Assembly: GCA_046563655.1 (NCBI GenBank)
Contig: CM102285.1
Span: 8,928,001 to 8,992,000, forward strand
Length of the DNA: 64,000 nt
Source: Yuukianura sp. NJ FZ-2021
Taxonomy: Eukaryota
Reading direction: 5' to 3'
Part shown: positions 51,307-64,000 of the stretch, piece by piece
Layout: each line of letters opens with the position of its first letter
How positions within the stretch are numbered: the first letter of the stretch is position 1
Translations under genes and position numbers: made by a program
The notes under the pieces: model-generated
Databases searched by the model: none
Told to the model about the DNA's origin: nothing
Seen by the model: the letters and a program-made list of their open reading frames with translations, nothing else

Positions 51307-54300
51307 ATGTCGAGCGGAGGGGGAGGAGCGGATCCGGCAGCGAATCCTAACAGGCCACTCGTTACTGGGGTGTCTCCAAAGGAAGGATTTCCTGGTAATT
51401 CAATTAAATTTTTTAAAAGTAGTGGTAATGTCAACTTGAGCGTTGCCTACTAGGTTGAAAGATGGAGACGTTTTACGATTTTCAAACTCGAAACGTATTA
51501 TTTTGTAGGGACAAAAGTTACTATCCGGGGCGAAAAACTTGGGAAAAGTCAACAGGATTTGATTGGTCTGCTGATCTGTGGAGTTGATTGCCGACTAACT
51601 GCGGAATGGTTTTCTCCGAACAAAATTGTCGCCAAAACGCTGTTATGCAAAGGAGTTGGAGATATTGTTGTGGTCACGGGATCCGGGGGTGTTGGAACGT
51701 CCACGGTACAGTTCAAAGGTATTTACGATTAATTCGGTAATTTCAAAACTTCGCCTAGGAAAGTAATTGAATTGATGAACAGGTATGCAAGAAGCATCGA
51801 TCGGGCCTCACAAGGAGAGCGCTGTTTGGGTAGAAGAAACAGTGAGTGTGGGCCCTCGACCTTTGTCAATGGCTGCGTATACCCAGGAGGATCCACTACA
51901 GCTTTCTAGCGAAGGCAACGAGTACGGATACTGTCCGACATTTTAACTTATCGCTTCTTCGGTCGAAAGAATTCATGTTTTTTTTTCTAGAAATAAGTTT
52001 CCTGTTGAAGAGTTACTGGAATTCTTTCCGGAAGGATGCGGAAATCTACGAGCGGACAATTTTGACCCAGCTTGGTTTTTGTTGGAGAATCACCACATGA
52101 CATCATTTGATGACCTTAAATATGGTCTCAAGTTTTTGGATCGAAAGGTGAAATCTCAAACAGAAGGAAAGTTGTCTTTCTTGAAGGTTAGTCGTAATGC
52201 CTGAAAGTGTCAACTGCGGTCAATTGCTTTATTATTAAAACTAATTCGTATTTTACACTTTTAGGAGAATGTTAGCTCTGTCATGGACCAATTAGATGCA
52301 TTGTTGCAAGTGAAGGAGAAGTTTGATGATCATGTATCAAAGCGTGGCAGCGGTTTTCTAACCCAACTCGATGAGTCAATTGGTGGTACGATTAACTTGT
52401 ATGACATGAGATCGACTGTTCCTAAATACTGATTTCTGTGTTTTAGTATGCGAAAAGGAAGCTGGAGTTTTATTTCAAGAAGTGTTGACAAGGAAGGACC
52501 GTGCTGATGTTACAAGAAACGCTTTGACTGGTTTTCAGCGATTTCGATTTTTGTTTAGTCTGCCCGGATCAATGGAACGCAGTGTTCAGCGTGGAGAATA
52601 CGACAGCGCTATCAACGATTACATTCGAGCCAAAACTCTTTTCGAGGCGCCGGAAATGGATAAGCCAGTGAGTGTTCGAAACAATACAAAATGAATTTTC
52701 GTTTTAAAATCGTAATGTTTATTTCCAGATTTTTCAAAAATTCCGACACGAAATTGAAAAGCGTGTTCAGAATTTACAAGACACACTATGGTCCAAGTTA
52801 GTCGAGAAGCCCCCGGATGCTGAGGAGCAGAGAAGACTGATTGGTTTTTTAGTGACGCTTGAACCTGGATCGGATCCAGCCTGGGCTGCTATTTCCTGTC
52901 AGTTTGAGTTTCTGGGCAACTCAATGAAAAACTGTTTCAACCAATTTGCAACTACGGACAAATCAAAAGAAAGTGTGCTCAAAACACCGTCGAAATCGGA
53001 CGCACAGGTATTATGTAAAAAGTTAACGCATAGATTCGCTGACTAATTCTGATTTATCCGATTTTAACGTAATCCCTTTGTTTCAGGCGAACTTTCCAAT
53101 TCAAGTCCAGTTCATCGAAGCTCTCTCGGATTTATTCGTTTCCTACTTTTCCGAATTTTGGTACCTTTGCCTTGATTACTTCAATGGAAAACTGCCGGTG
53201 AAGTGTGAACTTGGGAAGCAGCATGAAGTGAAGGTATGAAATCAAAGATTCAACACCAATGAACACAACAAAATTCATTAACTGAATTAGACTTTGGTTA
53301 ATCTTTGTAAATGTCAACAGGAAATGATGACAGGACTTGTTCAGTTATATTCAAAACTGACTGGAAGCTGTCTCTTCTCCAATTGCAGCAGCACTAGCAC
53401 TCGAAGTAGCCTTAAGCATCCAGAGTTGTCCTGGACAGATGACAAGGCCGAGTCTATGAGCGATTGGCTTCCTCACTGTTTGGATTTCATTCAAGGTGTC
53501 TTCGCAGATCTGCTAGGCTTAGATCCTCCTGTGATAATTCTAGACGTAGTAAGAGATCTTCTCTTCAACGTGAGGTAAAAATTGTTAACTGGAAAACATG
53601 AATACTGAAATTGTGTAAACTACGGATATTTCATGCATTTCTAAATTACATTCAGGTCATATACGCTGGAAATCATGCTTCATCAAATGTCACTGGAAAT
53701 TGCTGACCTTTACAAGCAAGAAAGTTGGGCAAGTGAACCAAACGGGACTCTCGGTTTTATCACGCAATTAGTAAGAAAGAAAATCTACTGATGCAATGTT
53801 TAAGCTTCATTGTAATTAACTACCAACTTTAACTTCTCATTTGTTTATGTTCCCCACAGCCTTTCAAGTATGAAACTCTAGTGTTACATTCCGTCAAAGT
53901 GATCAAGGAAACGTTGCTGCAGAAGTATCGACAAGAGACACCGTTACTGAAGAGCCCTGAAGTGCGAGCTAGTCTCACAGAAAATTTAGGGAATGCTCTT
54001 GCCGCCTTCTCAGATGTAAGCAATGATACTTTTGAAATGTTATACTCCCGTTTTGAAGTCTACTTAACGATATCTTTTAATTTAGGCGTTGGAAATGCTG
54101 ATTTCTCAGAACGAAAGCACAGGCAACAAGACGAAGCCTTTCAACGCACATTTTCATGATGATTCCCAACGCACAACTCCTCCATGCTCACATTCTGCTT
54201 CTCTTCTGTTGATTCTAAACAATTGCTCCTTCACGAAGGAAACTATATTGCCACAAATTAATCGCTCATTGATACGCCTCGGACTCCCTGACATGAGCGA

Positions 54301-55165
54301 TGCTATTGCAAAGGCGAAGCAGGCCATAAATGTAAGATTCGATGGATGTATTTAAAACGTATAAGTGTTGTACGTAAAAACGAATCACTTAAATACTTAT
54401 ACAATTGCAGGTTGTGGAGAAGTTGACGTTTGCGAAATACACGGAAATGAAGTACGAGCCAGTCGTTGGCCAAGTGGAGCAGTTTATGTATTCTGGACAC
54501 TTTGATTGGGAGAATTGTGCTGAACCTACCAACATTCGACCGTATATTACAAAAACTCTGCTGGGAATGATTGAGGTCATTGCGGAGGTAAATCTTACAC
54601 TTAAGCTAATTAAGCTTTCGATTCTTTTAACTTGTGATTTTAACAAAGTGATAACATATTTCCTAAAGGTGTCATCAGTGTCCGAGAAATTGGTATCAGT
54701 CGTAATGACACAAGTCGTGGAGAACGTATGCGAAGAGCTGACTCGCCTGTTCTCGTGTGTGTCGAAATTTAGCGAGTCGGGAGTTCAGCAAGCTACGCTG
54801 GATATCCTAGCTTTCCAAGAAATTGTAGAAGACTTCCTGAATTCCACGTCAAGGTAAAAAGATCCATTTCGGTTTCATTTCTTTAAACAAAAGATTTCGT
54901 TTTAAACGATTTCATCTCTATAGGTCGCTGCTGAAGGAAACCTTTGGCTTGATTCCAAAATCCAATGAAATGGTCAAAAGCAGGTTAGTAATGTCACTCT
55001 TGTATCAATGTTGATCAACTACCGGGCATGGGCAAGAATATTAATTTAAGCATGTTGTGATTTAGGAGAGTGCAACAGCTATTGGAAGAATATCGTAACC
55101 GAACCAAGTTGCAGTACTTTTGTTTTGCGTCTTCTGCTACCGGACAAGTTACTGTCATGATGTAA
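51307..55165 (+). CDS. EXOC2: Exocyst complex component 2 (Sec5)
   Basis: N-terminal IPT/Ral-binding domain [25 protein letters not shown]...ICGVDC. Also [24 protein letters not shown]...RFRFLFSLP and C-terminal QATLDI. Stop at 55165. Confidence 0.95.
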
Positions 55166-55294
55166 AAATTTAGGTTTCGTCATCTTATGAAAGAAAAAGA
55201 TCAGCCAACTACTAGTACGTATAAACCGTTTTACTTAAAAAAAAGTCAATCCAACCGCAGTCACTGCTACTTTTGCGCCTGTCAAGTTGAAAGC

Positions 55295-55339
55295 CGGTGT
55301 GAACTTTGACTTGAACGTTTCAACTCAAAGTTCACGCCG
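55295..55339 (+). repeat. 21-bp near-perfect inverted repeat (hairpin) downstream of the EXOC2 stop
   Basis: CGGTGTGAACTTTGACTTGAA-CGT-TTCAACTCAAAGTTCACGCCG has one mismatch, one G-T pair and a 3-nt loop. Confidence 0.8.
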
Positions 55340-56070
55340 AGCATCACGAAACGAAACGGCGGCCATCTTTCATAATGTAATCAACCCCGTGAAACCGAAA
55401 CGCGCAAGTTTGGTATGAAACATTCCACATATTTAACAGTATCAAAACTTGCGACAAGCTTACAAACTCTAGCTGTTGGACCTGCCTTTTATTTAAAAAA
55501 GAGTAAACTGGTAAAATTATATTTATGTTCACTTTGAACTGTAAATAAATGTCTTTGAAAAGTAAATTGAGTTCGTATGCGGCAGTTGTTTCCGTATTAG
55601 TAAACGAGAGTTCAATGCAGTGATAGTTGCATTGGGAAAGAAACATAACAACTTTACTCCAATAATTTCAAATACGGTCCGTGTCCTAACATTAGGAAAA
55701 TGATCCAATCCAAGCAGATCTGTACGGTAAATGTTCGCATTTATCTAGGGAGAAGACTACAATAGAAGTTGGTAAAGAAATTCAAATTGAATTGTGTACT
55801 CACGGGGACGAGACAGAGGTCAAGGAGGTTGGCTTTATCGACAGCTATGGAACTCTGCGAAATCTTGACTGTGTTGATGAAATTATCAATGGGACAAGGA
55901 ACTTGAACTTCCAGTTAAAACTACGTCCAGAACATATGAAAAAAGTCACTTGAAGAAAATGGAAGCTGCTTCTTCCAACTGAGCTTTTGAGCCTATGTTG
56001 ATTCTTGAATTAAGTCAACGGAGTTCGACGAAAGGGATGACGGTAACAATGTGATTCGTGCAGACAAGGT

Positions 56071-57774
56071 TCAATTGGGCTCTGAGAGAATAATGTGAAG
56101 AAGTCGGTTTACAAAGTCCATCGATTGATCATCAATTAGAACGATGTCAAATACTTCGATGAAGCGATGCATACGTTCTGATATCTGGAATACACGTTAA
56201 TATATTATGATTGAATTAATGCGTGACAACTTTTGTAAAACCTCAAGGAGCTTCAAGCTTCACGCAACTCACCTTGTCGTTCAAGAATCCAATTTTGAGA
56301 ATACAATCTGTCTGAGGCATACCTCTGCTCATGTGTACATCACTAGTGTGATCACTGAAATCCAAATTTATTGAAATTGACAATAGGCATAAACTTGAAA
56401 AGCGTACTGTAGAATCGTCTTGCTTTCCGTCCATACCATAAATCTTGTTCAAAATTATAAGGTGCATCAAAAACCTTACCCGAGTAAAATGGCATTATCG
56501 CGATGAGAGAGATCCATAAAGTACTTGTTTTCATCACCCAAAACGGTTTCGTTCTTGTTTAGTGGATGAACCATCAGATCTTTGTAGCCAAGAAGGCTTC
56601 CGTCCTTAGGATTGAATTCCATAAAGTTTGAGATGATCTGCAGCGTAAAAAAAGTCATGCTAAAAACTACTACAATTCGATTCGTGTCGTATTCAGATGT
56701 ATATTTTAACACACTACGTTTCAGCTTACTTCAATGTTAGGGTACAGAATTCCATATTTTTTGAGTAGCTCCTCTATCACGTTTCCTGGTAGGAGAAGCC
56801 AGTTGTGTTAAAAGTTGAAACTACCATTAGCATTAGTATACTAATTAATATGAATTAAGCGTATTCTTTCTTATCTTACCATTCCCAGCGGAAAAGACTA
56901 GAACCGGAATTTGGTGTTTGTGCAGCATTCGAAAAGTATCTTGAACATTATCCCTGTTCAAGAGAGCGTGCAAGAATTAGAAGATGAAGAACTAACTGGG
57001 AAAAAATGCTTACAGTAGTACTTACCGCATCTGAACTGTGGACAATTCTATACTCTTTTTGATCATGTCTTCCTTAAGTCCGCATGTCATCATATTCGCC
57101 CTCGCCTGTTTGTACCAGTCAACCATGTGCCCAAACTTTTCAACTTCGTCCATTTCTATGCAAATTTCAATTGGATAATACTTCTCGAACAATTGTATAA
57201 AAGCTGCTTTATTGTGAGGCGGAAGGAGAGGACTGCGGTTAATAACACCTAAGAATAAACATTCATATGATTCAACTGAACAGAACATACATCACGAATC
57301 TAAGCACGCTTCATATTCGGAGATTCCGCTTACCACTTGACGAAACACAACGAGTTCCATTTACATGATGTTTGGTAAGCGTTGCATCAAAGTCAGTAAT
57401 CACCTGTAAAACATTACTGTAATAATTACGTTTGTTTTGACAGTGCAAATACTTGAGTGTCTTGATCACGCGACGTCGTCAACGAACAATTGGCAAGTAT
57501 CATTTACCTGAAGAGCTGAAGAACCCCTCTCCAGAATTCGACTAATGTACCGTTCAACGGTTTTGTGATCTCGAACTCTGACCTTCTCTAATTGCGTTAC
57601 GGAGGAACATATCTAGGAAAATATAAATAATGTTAGTTAACTTTAACTTATATTTCACTGTACTGGTTATGTTAGACCCAGATACTTCTGGAAATTGATG
57701 TTTAATATAATTCTAAACCAACTTACTTTAATTACTTTTTGGAATAGCGAAGTAGGAGAAACAACTGACATCAT
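56071..57774 (-). CDS. NT5C3: Cytosolic 5'-nucleotidase III family (HAD superfamily)
   Basis: HAD motif I VITDFDATLT, KYYPIE...MVDWY, motif II VFSAG, IISNFMEF, motif IV LLGDHTSD, LKIGFLN and FDIVLIDDQSMD. Stop at 56071. Confidence 0.9.
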
Positions 57775-59009
57775 GAAGGAACTGGATTGACTAAAAACTT
57801 CCGTGTACGATTTTGTGATCTTGGAGCTATCGCATGAACCAGATAACAAAGTGGTGTGTGACCTTGATCTAGAGAGCTAAAAACGTGTTCGAGTGAGTGA
57901 AGCCAAAGAACTAGAACACTCAGTACTCCCCAGTCACCGAGTCGCCAGTCACAAATCCAGAGACGACAAGTAAGAACTGTAGGATGGATACTTTTTCTTA
58001 GATGAAGATGAGATGCAAAGGCGTTTCTTCATAGAAAACTGCTTGACCTTCGATGACCTCGGAGAGAACAAAAGGACATAACCCGTAGGACATCGACGTC
58101 GCCCCTCGTACGAACCATCACGATAAGTACGAATTCTGAATGTACAAAAAAAATTGCAAAGCTAAAAAGAGCCCTGTAAAAAACAAGACTTCAATTTTCG
58201 CAAAAAAAGGAAAAAAATCCACCTGATTTGGATTTCGTAGTTCAAAATACGCGCGCTTAAAAAAGGACGCCTCCGGGCGCCGCTTATACAAATGAAATTT
58301 TTAAAGAATTCAAGGTACTTTCTCCTTTCACCTTTTCCTATAAATTCAAAAAAATAACATGTGAAATTGCAAAAAAATTGAAAATTTGATAAAAATAACT
58401 TCAAATCGTAGCCATATATTGCCAAGTACTCTGTACCCTTGGAATAAATGAATTTAGTTACCCTCAGAATATACTTGAACGTATTATTTAAGCAGTTGTG
58501 TAACTGTTTACAAAGCGGTCAACAGCAGACAGACAGTGTCAGGTTTTCGTAAATTTAAGTTACACTAAATTAGGTTATAGAGTAAGTGTAAACTAGCGGA
58601 AAGTAGTAGTGGATATTGAATAAAAGTGACAGAATTTCGAAATTGGAAGTTCCAGTAGTAGTATTACTGCCAGTATTACTCCAAAACTCCAGTGCTCTCA
58701 TTATGAATGTCAAGTTCCTGGAGCTATTTGGTGTTTAGTTTTTCAATGACGCAGAGACCTTCTGGGTTGATTGTATTATGTTCGTAGAAATAAATTATCA
58801 ATAATTTCTGGATTAAACACCTCAATTTTCAGCAGTCATCACAGATCATGTTATCAGTTAAGTGTGGTGGAATTGGGCGTAAATGAGTTTCCAAAAATCA
58901 AGTCACAGTCCTTTCCGATAACGATTTTAACGAGGAGAAACCTAATTTTTAAGATTTCAAAATTGCTTCGGTTAACTTGTTTACTACAAGTTTGCTGGAC
59001 CGGGAAACA

Positions 59010-61306
59010 ATGAAGAAAGTAGCTCTTCTTGTGCTGTTTGCTCTACTGTTGTGCTACTCAACAGCTTTAATTGGCAAAAAGTTCAAGTTGAACACTGAAG
59101 TCCGGATACTCGATGGACCTGACGGTGGAACCAAAGGTTTTCAACCGAAAGTACGAGCAGTGGATACCAACTTATGTGAAACCAACGTACTTTTTCGATC
59201 CGTCGGAGAGTGGACGAAGATATACTCTCCCGGGTATCCCCAGGACTACCCTCCATATTCAAAATGCTTGTACACCTTTGAGAGTCCGGTAAATACTCAG
59301 ATGACCTTGGACTGCTTGGAATTCAACGTCGAAGTGGGCACGAGGCCAGATGAGTGTGAATTTGACATGTTCCGGTTTTCCATGGACGGTGACTTGACAA
59401 GTCGTAATCGACAGTACAGTTGTGGGACTGGGGAAATTCATCAAACTTCGATTGAAAATAAGATCCGAATTTACTTTACTTCGGATTCTACCAATGCGGG
59501 GTCGTCCAGAAGGTACTTTAGATTCTCATGCTCTGTAACTGTTATTCCGAGCAAAGGAGGACCGAACCCTGTGACGCCAAAACCCGTGACCCCGCCTCCG
59601 GTCACGCAAAAGCCTGTAACAAACCCACCAGTTCAACAATGCTCTTGTGGAAAACCATTGTTGCAAAAGGTATTTTACGCAGTGGTGAATTCTAGAATTG
59701 ACATTAGCTTTATAAAATGATTCAAAAAATGAAAAACGTTTTCAAAAATTTTTTAGGAACCAAGAATCGTAGGAGGAGAAGACGCTGGGATCTCCAACTT
59801 CCCTTGGCGCTGTGTCCTAGTTCATAAAGAGCTAGGCGACTACTGCGGCTGTACTGTGATAAGTCCAAATTACGTTTTGACCGCAGCTCATTGTACAGAC
59901 GCAGCAGAAGGTCAGCAATTTGCAACACAGAATTTAGAATTTAGTGACGAATTGGTCATCCTAGCATAACATAATTTTACGCTATCATATAGATGCTGGT
60001 GGTGACCTCTTTGTAAACATTGGCGACTACGACTTGCGTATAAACGATGAAATCCCCAACGTAGTGGTCAAGGCCCAGAAGATTATGAAACACGAGCAGT
60101 ACGACAAGTACAGCCAAGATAATGACATCAGTCTGATTCGTTTGTCCAAGACAATACAATTTTCCAGAAATGTAAGTTAAACTAAACTTGTTCTGTTTTT
60201 TTTTTCAAATAGCATTACATAATTTGCTTTTGTCAAATGTATCACTTTCTGTATAACAGATCCAACCGATTTGCTTACCATTCAAGTATACTGGCAAAAG
60301 CTTGCACGGACAGACAGCTATAGCTACAGGTACTGCTAATTCTAAAACTGAAACAGAAAGCTATCTGTACAAGTTCAAGTTATGCTAAAATTTAGACGTC
60401 CAAGGTTATGCTAACGTTAATTTTTTGTGTTACACTGGTCCGTTATTCTAGGATGGGGTCTAGATAAATATGGAGGCAGGCAAACTCCAGTATTGCAGAA
60501 AGCAAGTTTAACAATTTATGATACCGAAAAGTGTCGTACCTCGTTTCCGGGCTACAACCAAAAGGGATTGATTACCGACAATATGTTTTGTACATACGAA
60601 GATAAAGGAGGGATTCGTGACATGTAAGTATCCAACAATTTAACCATATTTGACCTCTGGGCCACGGTGAACCTCTGAAATGATTCTAATTGTTTTTAGG
60701 TGCCAAGGTGACTCCGGAGGTAATTATCTTTCATGGAGTCTAAAAATTTCGTGAATATGAATTCACTCCAAATTGGAGAAAATTTTCACTCGCTTTCTCT
60801 CATGTTGTTTAGGTGGAATTGACGTCTTTGATGGCTCAAGTGGAAGGTACTTCCAGGTGGGAATCAGCAGGTAAAGTACTGCAACATGAAATTTAAATTT
60901 TGAAAAAAAAAGTTGAATATTTACAAAATGCTAATCAAAAATATGTTTTTGGTTCACTAGTTGGGGAATTGGATGTGCTGGTAAGTAGTGAATAATAAAT
61001 AATAATTGTAAATACTCCCTAAAATTAAGCATCTTATGAAAAACATTATAAAAATCCAGACCCGTTGAACATAGCTTTTTCAAAAAAGAATTCTGCAATT
61101 TCCAAAAACATATTCTTTGTATGGTGGTTTAGGTCGAAACAAACCCGGAGCTTATGTGAAGCTAACGTTGCCCAAATTTTTGGACTGGATCAAAGAAAGT
61201 AAGAACTTGGCATTATAACATGAGGGTTTTGATTACTCAAGGTCAACATTAAACTGTTTTCCGCCTGGATTTAGGAGTTGGAGATCCGTTATGTGTCGTT
61301 CAATGA
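59010..61306 (+). CDS. Secreted CUB-domain trypsin-like serine protease, intact triad
   Basis: Signal peptide MKKVALLVLFALLLCYSTA; CUB domain (IYSPGYPQDYPPYSKCLY...IYFTSD...FSC); Pro/Thr linker; CSCG; activation site EPR|IVGG; TAAHC, NDISL and RDMCQGDSGG with an S1-pocket Asp. Confidence 0.92.
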
Positions 61307-61631
61307 CCAGGAAACAAAAGAGTCGAAAAACTTGGCAGAAGTTGAATAGGAAGTGGAGGCCATGGCCGCATTTGAAAAAAGAATTGAACATTTGAATTTT
61401 AATGTGATTTTATTTTAATATTTATTTAATCTGTGATGATGAAATTGATAGCGTAGAAACTTGTACAAGTGCAGTCAAACGATTTGCGTCAATTCAGAAA
61501 TCCTTCCATTTCCAAGAATTGTATTCCTTAACAAAGACTTTTCGCATAACCGATGTTACGTGCAAAATATATTTTGAAGAAGACGTCAATAGGTGGAATT
61601 TTTTAACTGATTTTGAAATACGTTGCTGATT

Positions 61632-63344
61632 TTAGTTAGAGCATAGGCGACCATCCTCACTAATATGAAGTTTGATCCATTTCAGGAATTCTAATGAAAA
61701 AGTCAGAAAATACGGTTTACGTGCATACGTAATTCATATTTGAGTTAGGAAGTTTTTGAATTTTGAATGCTAAAAGATTTCAATTCGGAAAAAGTCACCT
61801 TGAATTCTAGTGTAGACGCCAACTCCCCGGGGTCTTCCATAGCATGCGGTCCAGGAATCAATGCCAACTTGCACTTTCTTTCCATTCACAGTAGTAAACA
61901 AACCTCCCCCAGCGTCACCCTATGAAAACAATGACTTAGTTCAAATTTTTCCAAATTCGAAACGTTTTTTAATTAAAAAAATTGTTTTTCAAATACTGGG
62001 CAGTCGTAAGAGTCACTGTATGGATGATTTTGGAAGTTAAGCGGAGTTTCCATTTTGGCACACATCATTGTATCCGGCATCATACTCCATTCTCTATTGT
62101 AGTTGAACCCCCGACACTCCTCTTTGCTCATAATTTTGGATGTGACCTCTGACCTCTTTTCTGGTATAATGTATCCATCTATATGAAGGTCATTAAAGAT
62201 ACTATGTACCGTATTTTCATTTAGTGTGCTACAAATTTTGGATTTTGCACAACGGTACCCCCGTTATAGAAACGCCAAAGCAGAGAAGAAGATTCGAATC
62301 CATCGTAGTTGACTTCCGAATCGGGTAAACACACAGGACCAACCCCTATGTCATTTCCAAACGTAGGGACGGGACCTTTTAGCCTCAAAAGTGCAATATT
62401 GTAGTCTGCAAAATATTGCGAAATTATAATTTCGAAAAATTTCGAATTTGTCTTTTGCAAATTGTTCATAAAGTGACATAAAAACTGCTTAGTAGAAGTT
62501 CCCACCGAGAACGTTTGCAGAATACTTTGGATGGACAATGACGCGATGGACTCTTTTGCGAATCAGTTGCCTCAGATTGAGCCCTTCGAGCAGTCCTGGA
62601 TCTTCTGTGGAAGACGTGTTTGAGGCATTCCTCTCCTCCAAGTGCGCTTTGGGCCAAGTGCCAATCAACACATCCAAATCACCATCCTGAAATCTAATAG
62701 CAAATGGAAATTACAAGATATCTGACTTGCAATCAAACTATTTTTAGTTTTTGCAAAAATTGGCCCATTTTGCGAAAGTCTTACCCGTCAGCACAAACGG
62801 CACTTGTTAGCACGAATCTGTCAGATACGAGTGTTCCCCCGCAGAAAGCGTACGTTCCTCCTTCCCCAGATGAAACCAAGGATACGGACCAGGGATACTC
62901 ATTCAGACTCTTAACTCCCTCGGATTCCCAGGGAGCCACTAAGCTCGGATCTGCAGTCGTCGTAAATTCTCCACATTCTGAACAGAATTTCAAAACAAAA
63001 TCTTTGTACTTTCTCTAAAAAAAATTCGTTTCGTAAAGCTTATACTGCAGTCAATGGTGTTGTTCCGGTCAATTGATTCCCACCAAGACAAATCTTCGCC
63101 AGACTGAGAATCGTCAATCGGTATTTTGCCAGACAGACTTGCCCTCAACTGGCGTCCGTAAGGAAGTGAAATGGACCTCTGAAAATAATTTGAAAAATCA
63201 TAAAGTTTCTTCTACTTTAAATTTTAAACTTCTTTTGATAAAACTTTCCCATTTTTTGCGCTTTTTAAGACAGAAACTTACGTCGTATGGAGAATGGAAG
63301 CCAAATGCAGACGAAATCAAAAGAACAAAAATCCTTAACTTCAT
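61632..63344 (-). CDS. Secreted serine protease homolog, catalytically inactive
   Basis: Signal peptide MKLRIFVLLISSAFG, then CKCG and EYPWSVSL...FCGGTLVSDRFVLTSAVC (His to Val), DYNIALLRL (Asp to Asn) and GDAGGG (Ser to Ala). It ends GVYTRIQEFLKWIK...LCSN*. No IVGG. The reading frame appears intact across its introns. Confidence 0.85.
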
Positions 63345-64000
63345 CTTGAAACTGTTTATTTTGATCCAGTATTGGATTGACTTTAATAAAACGAGTAACT
63401 TCTAGCATTTTAGTTGCTTCGTATTTATACCAAAATCTTTCCGAAATTGACATTCAAAATTTGACCTGCTCTAGCTGTTCCATCCGGAACGGGAGAAAAG
63501 CGTTTGCCCCACATGCCGTTTCCACTTTAAAAATGACTGTGTCATCCTCATTTCAATTGAGAATTGTGCACTTATAATTTGTTCAAATTTTGAACAAAAG
63601 AGAAGAATTGACTCATTTATTGGGGTCAAAATAAGTTAGCTTTAGCAAATACAAGAGTGAGTTATTCAGGACTCGCAGAAACTTCCGTCCTGTGCCGTCG
63701 TCCGAATCCAGGGCAGGAATTCTACAGTTGCCGGAAGTAGTTTTTAGTTGAAACACTTTCATGATTATGGAAGTAAAGTGAAAAGCGTTGCAATTTGCAA
63801 ACCTGTTATTCGTGTGTAGACGCCTGGCTTCATCGGCCTCGCGCATCCCTGACCTGTTCAACCAAATCCAAATTCAACGCCAGTTTTTTAAAAGTAGATC
63901 CAAAATCATTCCAAATCATCGAAAAGTCAAAGGTCAAAGGATATTGCAGTACCCCAACTAACTATTCCAATTTGAGTGTACTTTGCAAATGACATGGGTT

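Overview
AT-rich eukaryotic DNA with short GT-AG introns (mostly 55-100 nt). It looks like a compact arthropod genome; the gene content suggests a springtail or other non-insect pancrustacean, which is inference. The first ~11.5 kb has no recognisable coding exon but holds a 641-bp fold-back MITE. The rest is gene-dense, in this order: WDR11 (-), a MACPF protein with a C2-like C-terminus (+), a secreted Pro/Arg/Gly-rich repeat precursor (-), a small Cys/Pro-rich protein (+), MYCBP-like (-), a ~15-kb laminin alpha-1/2 (wing blister-type) gene (-), RpS21 (-), DNALI1/p28 (+), LAPTM4-like (+), CSN5 (-), EEF1E1/AIMP3 (-), EXOC2/Sec5 (+), NT5C3-like (-), an active CUB-trypsin (+) and a catalytically dead serine-protease homolog (-). 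A non-autonomous piggyBac element sits just upstream of a 5'-UTR splice donor of CSN5. The most interesting candidate system is the 17.3-21.4 kb island: a perforin-like MACPF+C2 protein with an N-terminal anchor, facing a repeat-peptide precursor, with a kappaB-like site nearby. This may be an undescribed immune or defence effector locus. All gene models were assembled by eye and no searches were run.
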